Positions 1 to 10,293 are shown, counted from the stretch's first letter. The stretch is 41,367 nt of DNA from Gemmatimonadota bacterium (GCA_036679605.1 JAZDCZ010000392.1:1-41367); one strand, 5' to 3'. A program made the numbers and translations. The notes: a model not told the origin generated them from the letters alone.

Positions 1-258
1 TCATCCGGAGCGATTTCCGCGAGGGGTGCCGACACCGGACACCCCACCGCAGGCGGTCTGGATCAACAAACCGGTCGACGGTGGTTTGGACAGGAAAAGC
101 GAACCCGTAGAATGCCCTGAGAGCGGCGATCTCGAAATGGTGTGCGGTAGTGGTACCCCCAAATCCGCCGTTATCGGGACGCGTAACGAGCAGGAGTCAC
201 TTGTAAATGCTCCTTAAACTCCAACCCGTGTGTGTCTCACTTTCATTGACAGGTACCG
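1..258 (+). mobile_element. Right end of an insertion sequence
   Basis: Transposase tail followed by TGTCTCACTTTCATTGACAGGTACCG (233-258), which resembles the terminal sequence of such elements. The left end lies outside the window. Confidence 0.55.
2..217 (+). CDS. C-terminal end of an IS transposase (IS3/IS481-like DDE type), 5'-partial
   Basis: Frame open from the window start reads HPERFPRGVPTPDTPPQAVWINKP, matching the 'HPERF..G.P.P...P.AVWIN.P' tail I recognise from this transposase type; stop at 215-217. Confidence 0.7.
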   Translation, partial: HPERFPRGVPTPDTPPQAVWINKPVDGGLDRKSEPVECPESGDLEMVCGSGTPKSAVIGTRNEQESLVNAP

Positions 259-525
259 GGCGGTGTTCCGACTTCATTTCAAATGCGGTGCGATGCTCTG
301 CACCAAACACTTATCGAGGCTCTTTGTGCAGGGAGCTGATGCTGCCTGCTGGCCTAGAAACTCATCTGTGCCCTCGTGCCGTCCTACTCAAGCGGCGACC
401 TCGTCGCACGCCGGCCTGCTGCTCCTGGCCACCGTTGCGTGTTGCGATATTGTTCCTCAAGGGCACTTCTTGGAAACACCACGGGGCGTGGAGTCGGCAA
501 GGCCGCAATAGCTATACAGGCGGTC

Positions 526-554
526 TTGCGAGGCCCACAGGTCGCGGTTATACT
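526..554 (+). promoter_or_regulatory. sigma70-type promoter of the mazEF-like operon (probably a leaderless mRNA)
   Basis: TTGCGA (526-531), 17-bp spacer, TATACT (549-554). The ATG at 561 is only 6 nt downstream and has no Shine-Dalgarno. Confidence 0.7.
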
Positions 555-560
555 ACCGGT

Positions 561-800
561 ATGAAAACGGCCATCTCCCTGCCCGACGACGTTTTTCAGG
601 CTGCTGAGCGACACGCGAAGCGGGTCCGGAAGTCCCGCAGCCAGCTCTACTCCGAAGCCCTCGCCGAATACCTAGCACGACATGCCCCCGATGAGGTTAT
701 CGAGGCCATGAACCGGGTTGTCGAGCAACTCGGTGAACCCCAGGCCGATCCGTTCCTGGCGGCTTCAACGCGGCGGGTGTTCCAGCGCACCGAGTGGTAG
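561..800 (+). CDS. Ribbon-helix-helix antitoxin (ChpI/MazE-like)
   Basis: MKTAISLPDDVFQAAERHAKRVRKSRSQLYSEALAEYL is an RHH signature; ends in EW and overlaps the toxin start. Confidence 0.85.
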   Translation: MKTAISLPDDVFQAAERHAKRVRKSRSQLYSEALAEYLARHAPDEVIEAMNRVVEQLGEPQADPFLAASTRRVFQRTEW

Positions 801-1141
801 AAGTGCGGCAGGGCGAGGTCTGGTGGGCGGAGTTGTCAGAACCTGCCGGGTCCGGTCCCGGGTTCCGACGCCCGGTGGTAGCGGTTCAGGGGAACCACCT
901 GAATCGGAGCCGGATCGCCACGGTTGTCTGCGTTCCACTCACCAGTAATCTCGTGTGGGCCGACGCGCCGGGAAACACGTTAGTGCCGGCGAAGGTCGCC
1001 GGGTTACCCAAGGACTCGGTGGCCAATGCTTCGCAGATCATCACCATCGACCGATCCTTCTTGACCGAATGGACTGGGCACCTCCCTCCGAAATACTTTG
1101 CTCAGATCCTCCATGGCATTGACATCGTGCTCGGGCGATGA
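794..1141 (+). CDS. mazF: PemK/MazF family endoribonuclease toxin
   Basis: RQGEVWWAELSEPAGSGPGFRRPVVAVQ...VCVPLTS...GLPKDSVANASQIITIDRSFL motifs. Confidence 0.9.
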   Translation: MVEVRQGEVWWAELSEPAGSGPGFRRPVVAVQGNHLNRSRIATVVCVPLTSNLVWADAPGNTLVPAKVAGLPKDSVANASQIITIDRSFLTEWTGHLPPKYFAQILHGIDIVLGR

Positions 1142-1231
1142 CAGTCCCCACGCAGAGTGGCAATTGCCTGCCCAAGGAGCATCTTACGTGGTGTTCTGTC
1201 GGATCGTACATGGTCTTTGAAAGGATCCCCA

Positions 1232-1612
1232 ATGCGAGTGAATTACGCGATTGTTTTTGTAAGTGATATGGATCGGTCTGTGGCGTTTTATCGTGATGTA
1301 ATCGGCCTGCCGCTGAAGTTTGCGTCGCCCGAGTGGACCGAGTTCGCGACCGACGGGGCAACGCTCGCGCTGCACACGAGCCATGAGCCGGCCGATACAG
1401 TGGGCGATTCGGACGGTGTGCCGGCCGGTCGCTGCCGGCCGGGACTACAGGTGCCCGATCTCGACGAGTTTCATCAAAGGGTGTTGGCGCACGACGTACC
1501 CTGCATTCAGAACCCGACCGATGTGTTCGGTGCTCGCGTCGCGCAATACCGTGATCCGGACGGTTTGGCGATTTCCGTGGGTGAGGCCGGCACCACCAAT
1601 GATATCAACTAG
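1232..1612 (+). CDS. VOC/glyoxalase family protein
   Basis: YAIVFVSDMDRSVAFYRDVIGL and YRDPDG motifs; AAGGA upstream of ATG 1232. Confidence 0.85.
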   Translation: MRVNYAIVFVSDMDRSVAFYRDVIGLPLKFASPEWTEFATDGATLALHTSHEPADTVGDSDGVPAGRCRPGLQVPDLDEFHQRVLAHDVPCIQNPTDVFGARVAQYRDPDGLAISVGEAGTTNDIN

Positions 1613-1686
1613 TCCTGAACAACACGCCGCCCACATTCGCGCTCTGGACGAACGTGGAAGACAGTCGAAGAACTGAGGAGCAAACA

Positions 1687-2508
1687 ATGAGCATTCAGTG
1701 GAAGTTCGCGATCTTCTTGGCCGGCAGTCTCGTTGGCATCGCGGCCTGTTCATCAAATGATCAGACGGACTCGCGCCCAGTGTTCGAGCCCCAGGAGGTA
1801 ATCGATCTGGGAGCCTTGGTGACGGTTGACCTGCCAGAGCGCGTCTGGGGGAAGGCGTTCTTGGCTGCGAACGGCTTCACGCGTCCGAATGCGTTCGACG
1901 TGATCAATTGGGAATTCGAATTGGGGGGTGGACGCGTCGCGGGGTCGAACGCCTACTACACGCTGTTCAACCACGGTGGACCACACGTCGATGCGCCCAG
2001 CCATGTGTCGGTCGGAGGCGGTCTGGACACCTATCCGATTGAGGTGTTTGCAGGGCCACTAAGGGTCTTTGACGTACGTCAGTTTCCCAAGGGCCGCTCC
2101 GTTCCCGCGGAGGTGTTCAGCGGATCCGTCCGCGCCGGCGAGGTGGTGCTCATCTTTACGGGGTACTCGCCCCCAGAGACGGACGATGCTTTCCCTGAAA
2201 CTATTGCATTGACCCGGGTGGCAGCGGAGTATCTCGCAACCATCCCGGTCCGAGCGTTCGGTACTGACGCGTTTAGCGTCGCGAACCTGCAGGACACAAC
2301 CTCCGTTGAGGCTGAGACCGAGGTAGCGAGAGCGGTTCCGATTCACCACTCGTTCCTGTCGCGTGGTATCCCTGTCTACGAGCAGCTCTTCAACATGGAC
2401 AGGCTCTTGGAAAGGGCGGAGGATGCGAGAATGTACTTTGCTGGAGTACCTCTGAATATCCGCGGCGGTGACGGGATGATTGTCCGCCCTGTAGTCTTCG
2501 TTTATTGA
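1687..2508 (+). CDS. Cyclase (kynurenine formamidase-like) metal hydrolase, probable lipoprotein
   Basis: NHGGPHVDAPSH (variant of HxGTHxDxPxH), GTDAFS, 'PLNIRGGDGMIVRPV' tail, lipobox IAAC, GAGGAG RBS. Confidence 0.8.
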   Translation: MSIQWKFAIFLAGSLVGIAACSSNDQTDSRPVFEPQEVIDLGALVTVDLPERVWGKAFLAANGFTRPNAFDVINWEFELGGGRVAGSNAYYTLFNHGGPHVDAPSHVSVGGGLDTYPIEVFAGPLRVFDVRQFPKGRSVPAEVFSGSVRAGEVVLIFTGYSPPETDDAFPETIALTRVAAEYLATIPVRAFGTDAFSVANLQDTTSVEAETEVARAVPIHHSFLSRGIPVYEQLFNMDRLLERAEDARMYFAGVPLNIRGGDGMIVRPVVFVY

Positions 2509-2602
2509 GTTTTGGCTACGGAGCCGGCCAGCTTCAACCGAAGGTGCCCAACCGCTTACGACTACACAGTGAGGTTTGTGCGGGCGGGAGGAGGTAACTG
2601 AC

Positions 2603-3583
2603 ATGAAAGCACTAGCCGCGAGCATCGCGCTGACTTTCTTGGCGTTCGATTCAGCCGTTGCCCAGGATGGAGCACGTTATGAGGGACCTATAATCGACAT
2701 GCACATGCATGCATCGAATGTGCAGGTCGGGCCTGATGGCGAAACGCTTCCGGTTCCTTTGCGGTGTTATCCGGGCCCTTGCAAGGGCCGTCCTGCCACC
2801 GCCACGACGGAGGAAGAGGTTCTTCGGATGACGCTCGCCGCTATGGACCGGCACAACATTGTGCTCGGCTTCTTGAGCGGCTACGATGGCACTCCTAATT
2901 CGCTCGCGCCTAATTTCGAACGCGTTCAAGCGTGGGTGAAAGCGGCCCTGGGCCGATTCATCCCGAGTGGCTTTCTCAGTCAACCAGGAAAGCCCTCCGT
3001 TGAATTCCTTAGGAAGGAATACGTCAAGGGGACGCTCAGGGGACTGGGGGAGATCGCCACACAATACTACGGCCACCGGCCGGATGATGCGGCCCTGGCG
3101 CCCTATTTCTCGCTGGCTGCCGAACTCGACATACCAACACATATCCACACAGCCGGCATCGGAGCTGCGTTGCCCACGTTTCGGTCATCAGCAGGTAATC
3201 CGCTGTGGCTCGAGGAGGTGCTCTCCGGTCATTCTGACCTCAGACTCTTCGTCGAAAATTCCGGTTTTCCCTTCACACAGGAATGGATCGCGGTAGCTTA
3301 CCAGTACCCGCAGCTTTACGGCGAGGTTTCGACTACCACGTGGATCGTCAATCGAAACGCCTTCAATAACCATCTCCGCACTCTCGTTGAAGCGGGATTG
3401 TCGAAGCGCATAATGTTCGGTTCGGATCAGATGCAGTGGCCAGAAACGATCGGTATGGCGGTCGAGGCCATTCAATCTGCGGGTTACTTGAGCGCCGAGC
3501 AGAAGGCCGATATTTTCTACAACAACGCCGCGCGGTTCCTGCGTTTGAGCGAGGAAGAGATTGCCAGACACCACGGGCACTGA
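2603..3583 (+). CDS. Amidohydrolase_2 family metal-dependent hydrolase with signal peptide
   Basis: IIDMHMH, HIH, MFGSD and IFYNNAARFL motifs; GGAGG RBS; N-terminal signal peptide. Confidence 0.85.
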   Translation: MKALAASIALTFLAFDSAVAQDGARYEGPIIDMHMHASNVQVGPDGETLPVPLRCYPGPCKGRPATATTEEEVLRMTLAAMDRHNIVLGFLSGYDGTPNSLAPNFERVQAWVKAALGRFIPSGFLSQPGKPSVEFLRKEYVKGTLRGLGEIATQYYGHRPDDAALAPYFSLAAELDIPTHIHTAGIGAALPTFRSSAGNPLWLEEVLSGHSDLRLFVENSGFPFTQEWIAVAYQYPQLYGEVSTTTWIVNRNAFNNHLRTLVEAGLSKRIMFGSDQMQWPETIGMAVEAIQSAGYLSAEQKADIFYNNAARFLRLSEEEIARHHGH

Positions 3584-3652
3584 GCCCTACAGTTCAAGTG
3601 CAGAATCGTTAGACCGCTCCCCGTGAGCTACCCGATCCGAAAGGGGACCTGT

Positions 3653-4294
3653 ATGAACTCAGACGAGAAACCCACCATCAAGCCGGCGCCGGATGGGCCC
3701 TACCTGGTGAAGAATTTGCAACAATTCTCCAACCGCAAGGGAGACATCGAGACGAAGGCCACGATGGCGCTGTGTCGCTGCGGCGAATCGGCCAACAAGC
3801 CGTTCTGTGATGGGACGCATGCCAAGATCGGATTCTCCTCGGCCAAATTGGAGGGCCGCGTAGCGGACGAGCGACAGGACTACGAGGGTGACAAGATCGT
3901 CGTGCACGACAACCGGGGCATTTGCGCCCACGCCGGGAGCTGCACCGATGGACTCCCCTCGGTGTTCCGTTTGAAGCAGGAGCCCTGGATCGATCCGCAA
4001 GCAGCACCCGCGCAGGAGATCGTCGAGACGATCCGGAAATGTCCCTCTGGAGCGCTCAGCTACAGGGTCGATGGTGTGGAGCACCGCGACCCGGAGGGTG
4101 GCGGCCCTGGCTCAATCTTCGTCTCCCCGAATGGTCCCTACGTCGTCACGGGTGGGCCACAGCTTCTCGACACGCCACTCGGTGAAGGTGCTTCAACAAG
4201 GCATTTCACACTCTGCCGCTGCGGTGGGTCGAAGAACAAGCCGTTCTGTGACGGTGCGCACTGGTATAACGACTTCAGTGACGACAAGAACTGA
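3653..4294 (+). CDS. CDGSH iron-sulfur protein (two CDGSH domains flanking a ferredoxin-like domain)
   Basis: CRCGESANKPFCDGTH and CRCGGSKNKPFCDGAH; central CAHAGSC...CPSGAL. Confidence 0.9.
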   Translation: MNSDEKPTIKPAPDGPYLVKNLQQFSNRKGDIETKATMALCRCGESANKPFCDGTHAKIGFSSAKLEGRVADERQDYEGDKIVVHDNRGICAHAGSCTDGLPSVFRLKQEPWIDPQAAPAQEIVETIRKCPSGALSYRVDGVEHRDPEGGGPGSIFVSPNGPYVVTGGPQLLDTPLGEGASTRHFTLCRCGGSKNKPFCDGAHWYNDFSDDKN

Positions 4295-4320
4295 GCCAGC
4301 GATTCAAGGAGGCGGCGATC

Positions 4321-5772
4321 TCAATCAAAAAGCTTCTTGACCGCTTCCGATCGGATGGGTTCCACGAAGAGAGCCACAGCCACGAACGATAGAGTGGAGA
4401 GCAGTAGGGCAGGGAATACCCGATGCAGCGCAGAGGAATAGGGCAAGTAATTCCAAAGTAGCAAGACCCCCATGCCTACGACATACGATGTAATGACAGC
4501 CCGTCCGTCACCTCGGCTCCAGTGCAGCCCCAGAACGATTGCTGGGAAAAAGCAAGCAGCATAGAGGCTGCCGGAGAATGCGGTGAGCGTGACGATCTGC
4601 CCAGGCGGATCGAGCGCAATGAATGCCGTAACCAACGCAAACAGGGCCACATAAAACCGTGTAGCACGAACGATGCTTCGTTCGGATGACGGTGGACGCA
4701 GAAGAGACACAACATCTCGCTCGCACGTCGATGCCATGACCAGCAACACACTGTCAAGTGACGACATCGCGGCCGCGACCATGGCGACGAGTAGGAAGGC
4801 GCCGACCGGTGAACTGAATACCGCTCCTCCGCTGATCAGTGTCGGCACTACGAGGTCGGTATCTGCGAGGTGACCGGGAATGATATTGTGCGCGTAAATG
4901 CCGATTGGGACGAGGAGCGCATACACAACGAGAAATGTGAGCGTCGCAACCCACATACCGCGACGTACGGCCGTACGATCCTCGAGCGCATAGAACCGAG
5001 ATAACTGTCGCGGCTCGACAACGAACTTGAGGGTTCCAGCAACTATGATCCCTAGCAACACGGGAAACGGCATCGCCCCGTTCCAGGAGAAAAGGGAAGC
5101 GCCGCCGGGCTCTCTGGCGACATCGGTAAACGAGCCGATGCCACCGGCGGCACGAGTGGTACCCACAAAGAGGACGACTGCCGCAACTACCATCACCGCT
5201 CCCTGAAGAACATCTGTTCGTACTACTGAAATGAATCCACCAACGGCGGTGTACGCCACTACAATTACAAGCACAACTACGATGGCCACGGCGTAAGGGA
5301 TGTCCAGAAAGATCGACAGGAGATTGCCGATGCCTTTGAATATCGCGGTCATGTACAGGAAGCTGGCGAGCAGTATGATTACCGCTGCTAGCATACGGGC
5401 GGCGTCGCTTCCGAAGCGGATTCCAATAAAATCAGGCAGCGTAATGGAGCCCGTTGCCGCGGTGAACTCGCGCAAGCGCGGTGCGACCCAGCGCCATGCG
5501 ATGAAGCAGAAGATCACGACAGCCGGTGCCAACAGCAGCCAGGGCGTACCGTAGGTGTACGCCTGCCCAGAAAACCCTACGAAACTGTTGGTGCTGGAGT
5601 AGGTTGCGAAGAAGGAGATCCCAATCGCAACGCCGCCCATTGTTCTACCACCCACGTAGTAGTCGGTTGCGTTGTGTGTGCGTTTCTTTCCGGCTACAGC
5701 ATGATTGACTAAGATCGCCGAGTAGATAGCAAAGAGAATGAGAACGAACCAGTGCTCAAGGATCCAGGTCAT
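4321..5772 (-). CDS. Sodium:solute symporter family transporter
   Basis: DYYVGGR, SFFATYSSTNSFVG and AAAMSSLDS motifs; many hydrophobic segments. Confidence 0.9.
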   Translation of the reverse strand: MTWILEHWFVLILFAIYSAILVNHAVAGKKRTHNATDYYVGGRTMGGVAIGISFFATYSSTNSFVGFSGQAYTYGTPWLLLAPAVVIFCFIAWRWVAPRLREFTAATGSITLPDFIGIRFGSDAARMLAAVIILLASFLYMTAIFKGIGNLLSIFLDIPYAVAIVVVLVIVVAYTAVGGFISVVRTDVLQGAVMVVAAVVLFVGTTRAAGGIGSFTDVAREPGGASLFSWNGAMPFPVLLGIIVAGTLKFVVEPRQLSRFYALEDRTAVRRGMWVATLTFLVVYALLVPIGIYAHNIIPGHLADTDLVVPTLISGGAVFSSPVGAFLLVAMVAAAMSSLDSVLLVMASTCERDVVSLLRPPSSERSIVRATRFYVALFALVTAFIALDPPGQIVTLTAFSGSLYAACFFPAIVLGLHWSRGDGRAVITSYVVGMGVLLLWNYLPYSSALHRVFPALLLSTLSFVAVALFVEPIRSEAVKKLFD

Positions 5773-5775
5773 GTC

Positions 5776-7275
5776 TCAATCTTTGGTCTCAAACATATTA
5801 GCTACCTCTGACTTGATAACTTTTCCCATTGCGTTTCGTGGGAGCTCTGCTACCGGGAGGAAATCTGCCGGGATCTTGTAGGCGGCCAAGCGGTCCTTCG
5901 CCCAAGATCTTAGTCGCTCCAGTGTAAGATCACTGTGGTCGGTCAGTTCTGCGGCGACACACACTCTTTCACCCCACTGCGCATCGGGCAGACCGACTAC
6001 GGCACAACTGAGGATCGCCGGGTGCGTTCCGAGAACTCCTTCTATTTCGAGCGCAGATATCTTGAATCCTCCGGTCTTGATGATGTCGACGTTGTTGCGT
6101 CCCAGAATCCGATATCCATCGTTGCCGTCATCGACAGCAATATCACCGGTAGCAAACCATCCATCTGAAAAAGCAGCTGCGGTGACTTCAGGTTGTTGCC
6201 AATACTCCTTGAATACGCCGGGTCCTTTGACTTGGATTTCACCAGAGTCGCCGGGCTCGACGACACCGCCGGACTCATTCACAAGACGCAACTCTATGTT
6301 TGGGAGCGGAACGCCAACGTGGCCAGGTATCCTTCTGCCTTTCAGTGGATTCGACAATGCCATGCCTATCTCGGTCATGCCATAGCGCTCGAGTAGGACG
6401 TGTCCGGTAATCTGTCTCCAACGCTCGAGTACGTCGGTCGAGAGGGCCGCTGACCCAGACACCATGAGTCGTGTGCGTCTGCATGACTCTGACATCTTGC
6501 TCTGTCGGTCCGACGTTGATCGTTCCCAAGCGTCAATCAATTTCACGTAGATGGTTGGAACGGCCATGAAGACGCTAAGGTCATCTTGTAGAATGCTGTC
6601 CCAAACACGGTCTGCGCTGAATCGAGGCAACATCTTGCATTGCGCACCCACCCAGAGTGCACATGACAATACGTTGACGATTCCATGTACGTGATGCAAC
6701 GGTAGGGTGAGAAGTGTGCGGTCACTAGAATCCCACTCCCAGGCGGTTACCAACGTCGTGACTTGCGATCGTAACGCTTCGTGAGTCGTGACTACGCCCT
6801 TTGGGATTCCTGTAGTGCCACTGGTGTACAGGATCATGGCACGACTGGCCACTTGAGCCGTCACGATTTGTTCGTGCGGCTGGTCGATAGCGTCTGAGGT
6901 GTGAATGACGGGAATCGATCTCTGCTTTGCCAATGAGTCTATCCTAGCTGCCAACTCGGCATCGGCCACTATCAGGGCTGCTCCCGAATCGTCGATGACG
7001 TGTGCCAATTCGGGCTCCGGATGAGTGACCGCGAGAGGCACCGCGATCCCGCCGGCGCGCCAGATGCCCCACTGAGTGGCGACGTATTCAAAGCTGGGGT
7101 GAACCAGAAAGGCTACGCGCGTCTCGTCTAGGCTGTCCCTGCCATTTAGCAACTTGGCTGCGACCGACGCAGACGCCATGAGCAAATCGGAATACGAGAA
7201 GGAACGTCCACCGGACATAATGGCCATGCTATTTCCGTGATCGCCGGCGCGATCCCACAGCGTCAACGCGGCCAT
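5776..7275 (-). CDS. Acyl-CoA synthetase, malonyl-CoA synthetase (MatB/ACSF3)-like
   Basis: YTSGTTGIPKG AMP-binding motif, LPLHHVHG, ERYGMTE, PRNAMGK. Likely start is ATG 7275, just after the upstream gene's stop. Confidence 0.85.
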   Translation of the reverse strand: MAALTLWDRAGDHGNSMAIMSGGRSFSYSDLLMASASVAAKLLNGRDSLDETRVAFLVHPSFEYVATQWGIWRAGGIAVPLAVTHPEPELAHVIDDSGAALIVADAELAARIDSLAKQRSIPVIHTSDAIDQPHEQIVTAQVASRAMILYTSGTTGIPKGVVTTHEALRSQVTTLVTAWEWDSSDRTLLTLPLHHVHGIVNVLSCALWVGAQCKMLPRFSADRVWDSILQDDLSVFMAVPTIYVKLIDAWERSTSDRQSKMSESCRRTRLMVSGSAALSTDVLERWRQITGHVLLERYGMTEIGMALSNPLKGRRIPGHVGVPLPNIELRLVNESGGVVEPGDSGEIQVKGPGVFKEYWQQPEVTAAAFSDGWFATGDIAVDDGNDGYRILGRNNVDIIKTGGFKISALEIEGVLGTHPAILSCAVVGLPDAQWGERVCVAAELTDHSDLTLERLRSWAKDRLAAYKIPADFLPVAELPRNAMGKVIKSEVANMFETKD

Positions 7276-7277
7276 AG

Positions 7278-10229
7278 TCAGGTCTTCGATCTGTGCTTCA
7301 AGGAAGCCTCTATAACCTTGACCATGTGGGTCGCCTCTCTCCCGCAGCCGTCCAAGATTTGTTTCCTGCAGCTCGTTCCGTTCGTGACGAGCCAACCGGA
7401 AGGATCGGATTCCCGTATTGCCGGCAGCAAATCGAGTTCCGCCATGCGCATGGAGATGTCGTAGTGTTCCGACTCGTAGCCGAATGCACCGGCCATCCCG
7501 CAGCACCCAGATTCAATTGTTTCTACCTCGACTCCCGGGATCCAACCGAGGACTCGTTCCATCGCAGACATGGTTCCAAATGCTTTCTGGTGACAATGTC
7601 CGTGTATGAGCAGGCGATTTGTGGGTAGTGGCCCTAGGCGAGACTGAATACGCGAGGCCGGTTGGTCGGACGCAAGAAATTCCTCCAGCAACACGGCCCG
7701 CGCAGCTAGCTCCTGCGTGGCCGCACCTGGGATGAGTACGGTGAATTCATCTCGCAAGGTGAGCAAGCAAGATGGCTCAAGTCCGACTATCGCGACGCCG
7801 TGTGCGACATATGGCTGGAGAGTTCGGGTCAGGCGCTCCGCCTCGGACCGAGCCTCGTCTACCATGCCGGCGCTCAAGAAAGTACGCCCGCAGCACAGTG
7901 GCCGACCTCCATCCGACGGAGTTGGCACAATCGGTGAGTAGCCGGCGGCGCGAAGCACTGTTGTCGCTGATCTGAGATTGTCGGGTTCGAAATACGTGTT
8001 GAAGGTATCTGCCAGGAGGACCACTTCGTTCGGACTGCTCGACGTGCTGCCGTTCTTCGCTCGGAAGAAGTCGCTCCGCAAAGTCGGTAGATCCCGCTGT
8101 GAAGTAAGCCCAAGGATCCGTTCGCTCAGTGCTGCAACGGCTCGATTCCGATTGCGTAGGTTGAGCATAAAGGGTGCTCTGGCGGCCCATCGGGCATAGC
8201 GCGGCAGGTATGCGACCAGACGGTCACGCAACTTCGTACCGTGTTGCTGCCGGTATTGGTGCAGGAACTCGATCTTCATGCGCGCCATGTCCACTCCGAC
8301 GGGGCACTCGCGTCGGCACGCCTTGCAGCCGACGCACAGGTCCATTGCGTCTCGCATCTCATCGGATACGATCGCATCGGGGCCAAGTTGGTTGGTTAGA
8401 GCAAGCCGTAAGACGTTGGCCCGTCCTCGAGTGACGTGTTGTTCGTTCTGCGTAGCTCTGAATGACGGGCACATTACCCCGGGTGTGACTCTCAGGCAGG
8501 CTCCGTTGTTGTTGCACATCTCGACGGCGCCGAGCATGCCGTGCCATTCCGACCAGTCGAGAGCCGGTTCGTTGGGGGCCGATGAGTAGTCTGGCGTGTA
8601 GCGGAAAAGAGTACGGTCGTCCATTAGAGGTGGGTTGACGATCTTTCCCGGGTTGAACAGCCCATCCGGATCGAACGCTTCTTTGACCTCCTCGAACGCT
8701 CGCACAAGCCGTTCACCGAGCATCGATGTCAGGAACTCAGATCGCACGATTCCGTCGCCGTGCTCTCCTGAATGGGAGCCCTTGAATTCACGGACGATCT
8801 CGTGAGCCTCCTCAGCAATCGCGCGCATCTTGGAGACATCAACCTGTTCCTTGAGATTGAGCGCCGGCCTGACGTGGAGGCAGCCAACCGACGCGTGTGC
8901 GTACCACGTTCCACTCGTACCATGTTTGTCGAACAAACCGCACAGCCTAGCGGTATACTCGGCTAGCTTGTCGAGGGGGACGGCGCAGTCTTCTATGAAC
9001 GATATTGGTTTCTTGGCATCCTTCATGGACATGACGACGTTGAGGCCCGCCCTGCGGACCGACCAAATGTCCTCTTGAAACGCCGGCTCGACTGCGCGAA
9101 CCACTGACTTGGGGAAACCCAGACTCCCCATCAGTTCGTCGAGTCTATCGAGTTGCTTTACCGCTTCGTCCTGCTGCTCTGCGCAGAACTCTACGAGTAG
9201 CAGGGCGCCAGGCTGTCCCTCGACGAAGCGCGCTACAGAGGAACGGAAGACGGGATTGTCGCTCGCGAGTTTCAGCAGGGTGTCATCCATCAACTCGACT
9301 GCCGTTGGATCCAGCTCAACAATCCGGCTTACTGCCTCCATCGCGTTGGCAAGCATCGGGAAGTGACACACCCCCAGTGTTCTGTGGCGGGGGATCGGCT
9401 GAAGGTCAAGGACTATTTTGGTGAAGAAGGCGAGAGTCCCTTCCGAGCCGACCAACATGTCGGCCATGTTACCGGCTTCTAACCCCATTCGGTGGAGATT
9501 GTAGCCCGCAACATGACGTAATACGCGAGGAATGCGCCTGGCAATCTCTTCGGCTTCGCGCTCATAGAGCGCCCGCATGATGCGGACGAGTTCGCTGTAC
9601 TTGTCGGAGCCTGCAGCCGTACGGCCGAAGTGCATGGTTGTTCCATCGGACAACAACGCATCGATGCTCCGGACGTTGTCGACCATGAGTCCGTAGCGAA
9701 TGGACCGAGCACCCGCACTGTTGTTTCCGGCCATACCTCCGATCGTAGCGCGGCTGGCGGTCGCAATATCCACTGGAAAACAGAGGCCGTGTGGTCGGAG
9801 GACCGCGTTCAAGTTGTCGAGCACAACTCCGGGCTGCACCGTTGCCGTCTGTTCTGCCGGGTCGACCGCGATGATACCTGTGAGGTAGCGTCTGGTGTCC
9901 ACGACCACCGCCTCACCGACCGCCTGTCCTCCTTGGGATGTTCCTGCACCTCGTGGCAAAACCGGTATGGCTTCTTCGCGCGCTATCTGGATGATGCGGA
10001 CCACATCCTGTTCGTCGCGCGGCACTACGACACCGATGGGCTCAATTTGGTAGATGGAGGCATCTGTACTGTAGCGACCACGGCTGAAGCGATCGAAGAG
10101 GACATCTCCCTCGATCTCATGCCTAAATGTCTTGGCAAGAGTACCGTCGCCTACGCGGTGTTTATTGCTGGGCACGTGCGGATAGTCCGATCGTTGCCGG
10201 TTCCATTCTAGGACGCTGGGCCGTAACAT
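7278..10229 (-). CDS. FAD-binding (Fe-S) oxidoreductase, D-lactate/glycolate dehydrogenase-like fusion
   Basis: YSTDASIY, PRGAGTSQ, GEHGDG, CVGCKACRRECP, CCG and HGHCHQ motifs. Start uncertain (10175-10256). Confidence 0.88.
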   Translation of the reverse strand: MLRPSVLEWNRQRSDYPHVPSNKHRVGDGTLAKTFRHEIEGDVLFDRFSRGRYSTDASIYQIEPIGVVVPRDEQDVVRIIQIAREEAIPVLPRGAGTSQGGQAVGEAVVVDTRRYLTGIIAVDPAEQTATVQPGVVLDNLNAVLRPHGLCFPVDIATASRATIGGMAGNNSAGARSIRYGLMVDNVRSIDALLSDGTTMHFGRTAAGSDKYSELVRIMRALYEREAEEIARRIPRVLRHVAGYNLHRMGLEAGNMADMLVGSEGTLAFFTKIVLDLQPIPRHRTLGVCHFPMLANAMEAVSRIVELDPTAVELMDDTLLKLASDNPVFRSSVARFVEGQPGALLLVEFCAEQQDEAVKQLDRLDELMGSLGFPKSVVRAVEPAFQEDIWSVRRAGLNVVMSMKDAKKPISFIEDCAVPLDKLAEYTARLCGLFDKHGTSGTWYAHASVGCLHVRPALNLKEQVDVSKMRAIAEEAHEIVREFKGSHSGEHGDGIVRSEFLTSMLGERLVRAFEEVKEAFDPDGLFNPGKIVNPPLMDDRTLFRYTPDYSSAPNEPALDWSEWHGMLGAVEMCNNNGACLRVTPGVMCPSFRATQNEQHVTRGRANVLRLALTNQLGPDAIVSDEMRDAMDLCVGCKACRRECPVGVDMARMKIEFLHQYRQQHGTKLRDRLVAYLPRYARWAARAPFMLNLRNRNRAVAALSERILGLTSQRDLPTLRSDFFRAKNGSTSSSPNEVVLLADTFNTYFEPDNLRSATTVLRAAGYSPIVPTPSDGGRPLCCGRTFLSAGMVDEARSEAERLTRTLQPYVAHGVAIVGLEPSCLLTLRDEFTVLIPGAATQELAARAVLLEEFLASDQPASRIQSRLGPLPTNRLLIHGHCHQKAFGTMSAMERVLGWIPGVEVETIESGCCGMAGAFGYESEHYDISMRMAELDLLPAIRESDPSGWLVTNGTSCRKQILDGCGREATHMVKVIEASLKHRSKT

Positions 10230-10293
10230 TGCTCGGAGAGTTATCCAGCCCAACACAAAGTACCCTCGGTTTCTCGAATAGAAAGGATGAACA

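Noticed and set aside
207..560. 197-aa ORF extension upstream of the antitoxin
   Set aside because: The RHH domain begins at ATG 561 directly after a clear promoter; the extension has no recognisable features.
7276..7506. Long N-terminal extension of the acyl-CoA synthetase in the ORF track
   Set aside because: It overlaps the oxidoreductase C-terminus; ATG 7275 follows that gene's stop and fits the family length.
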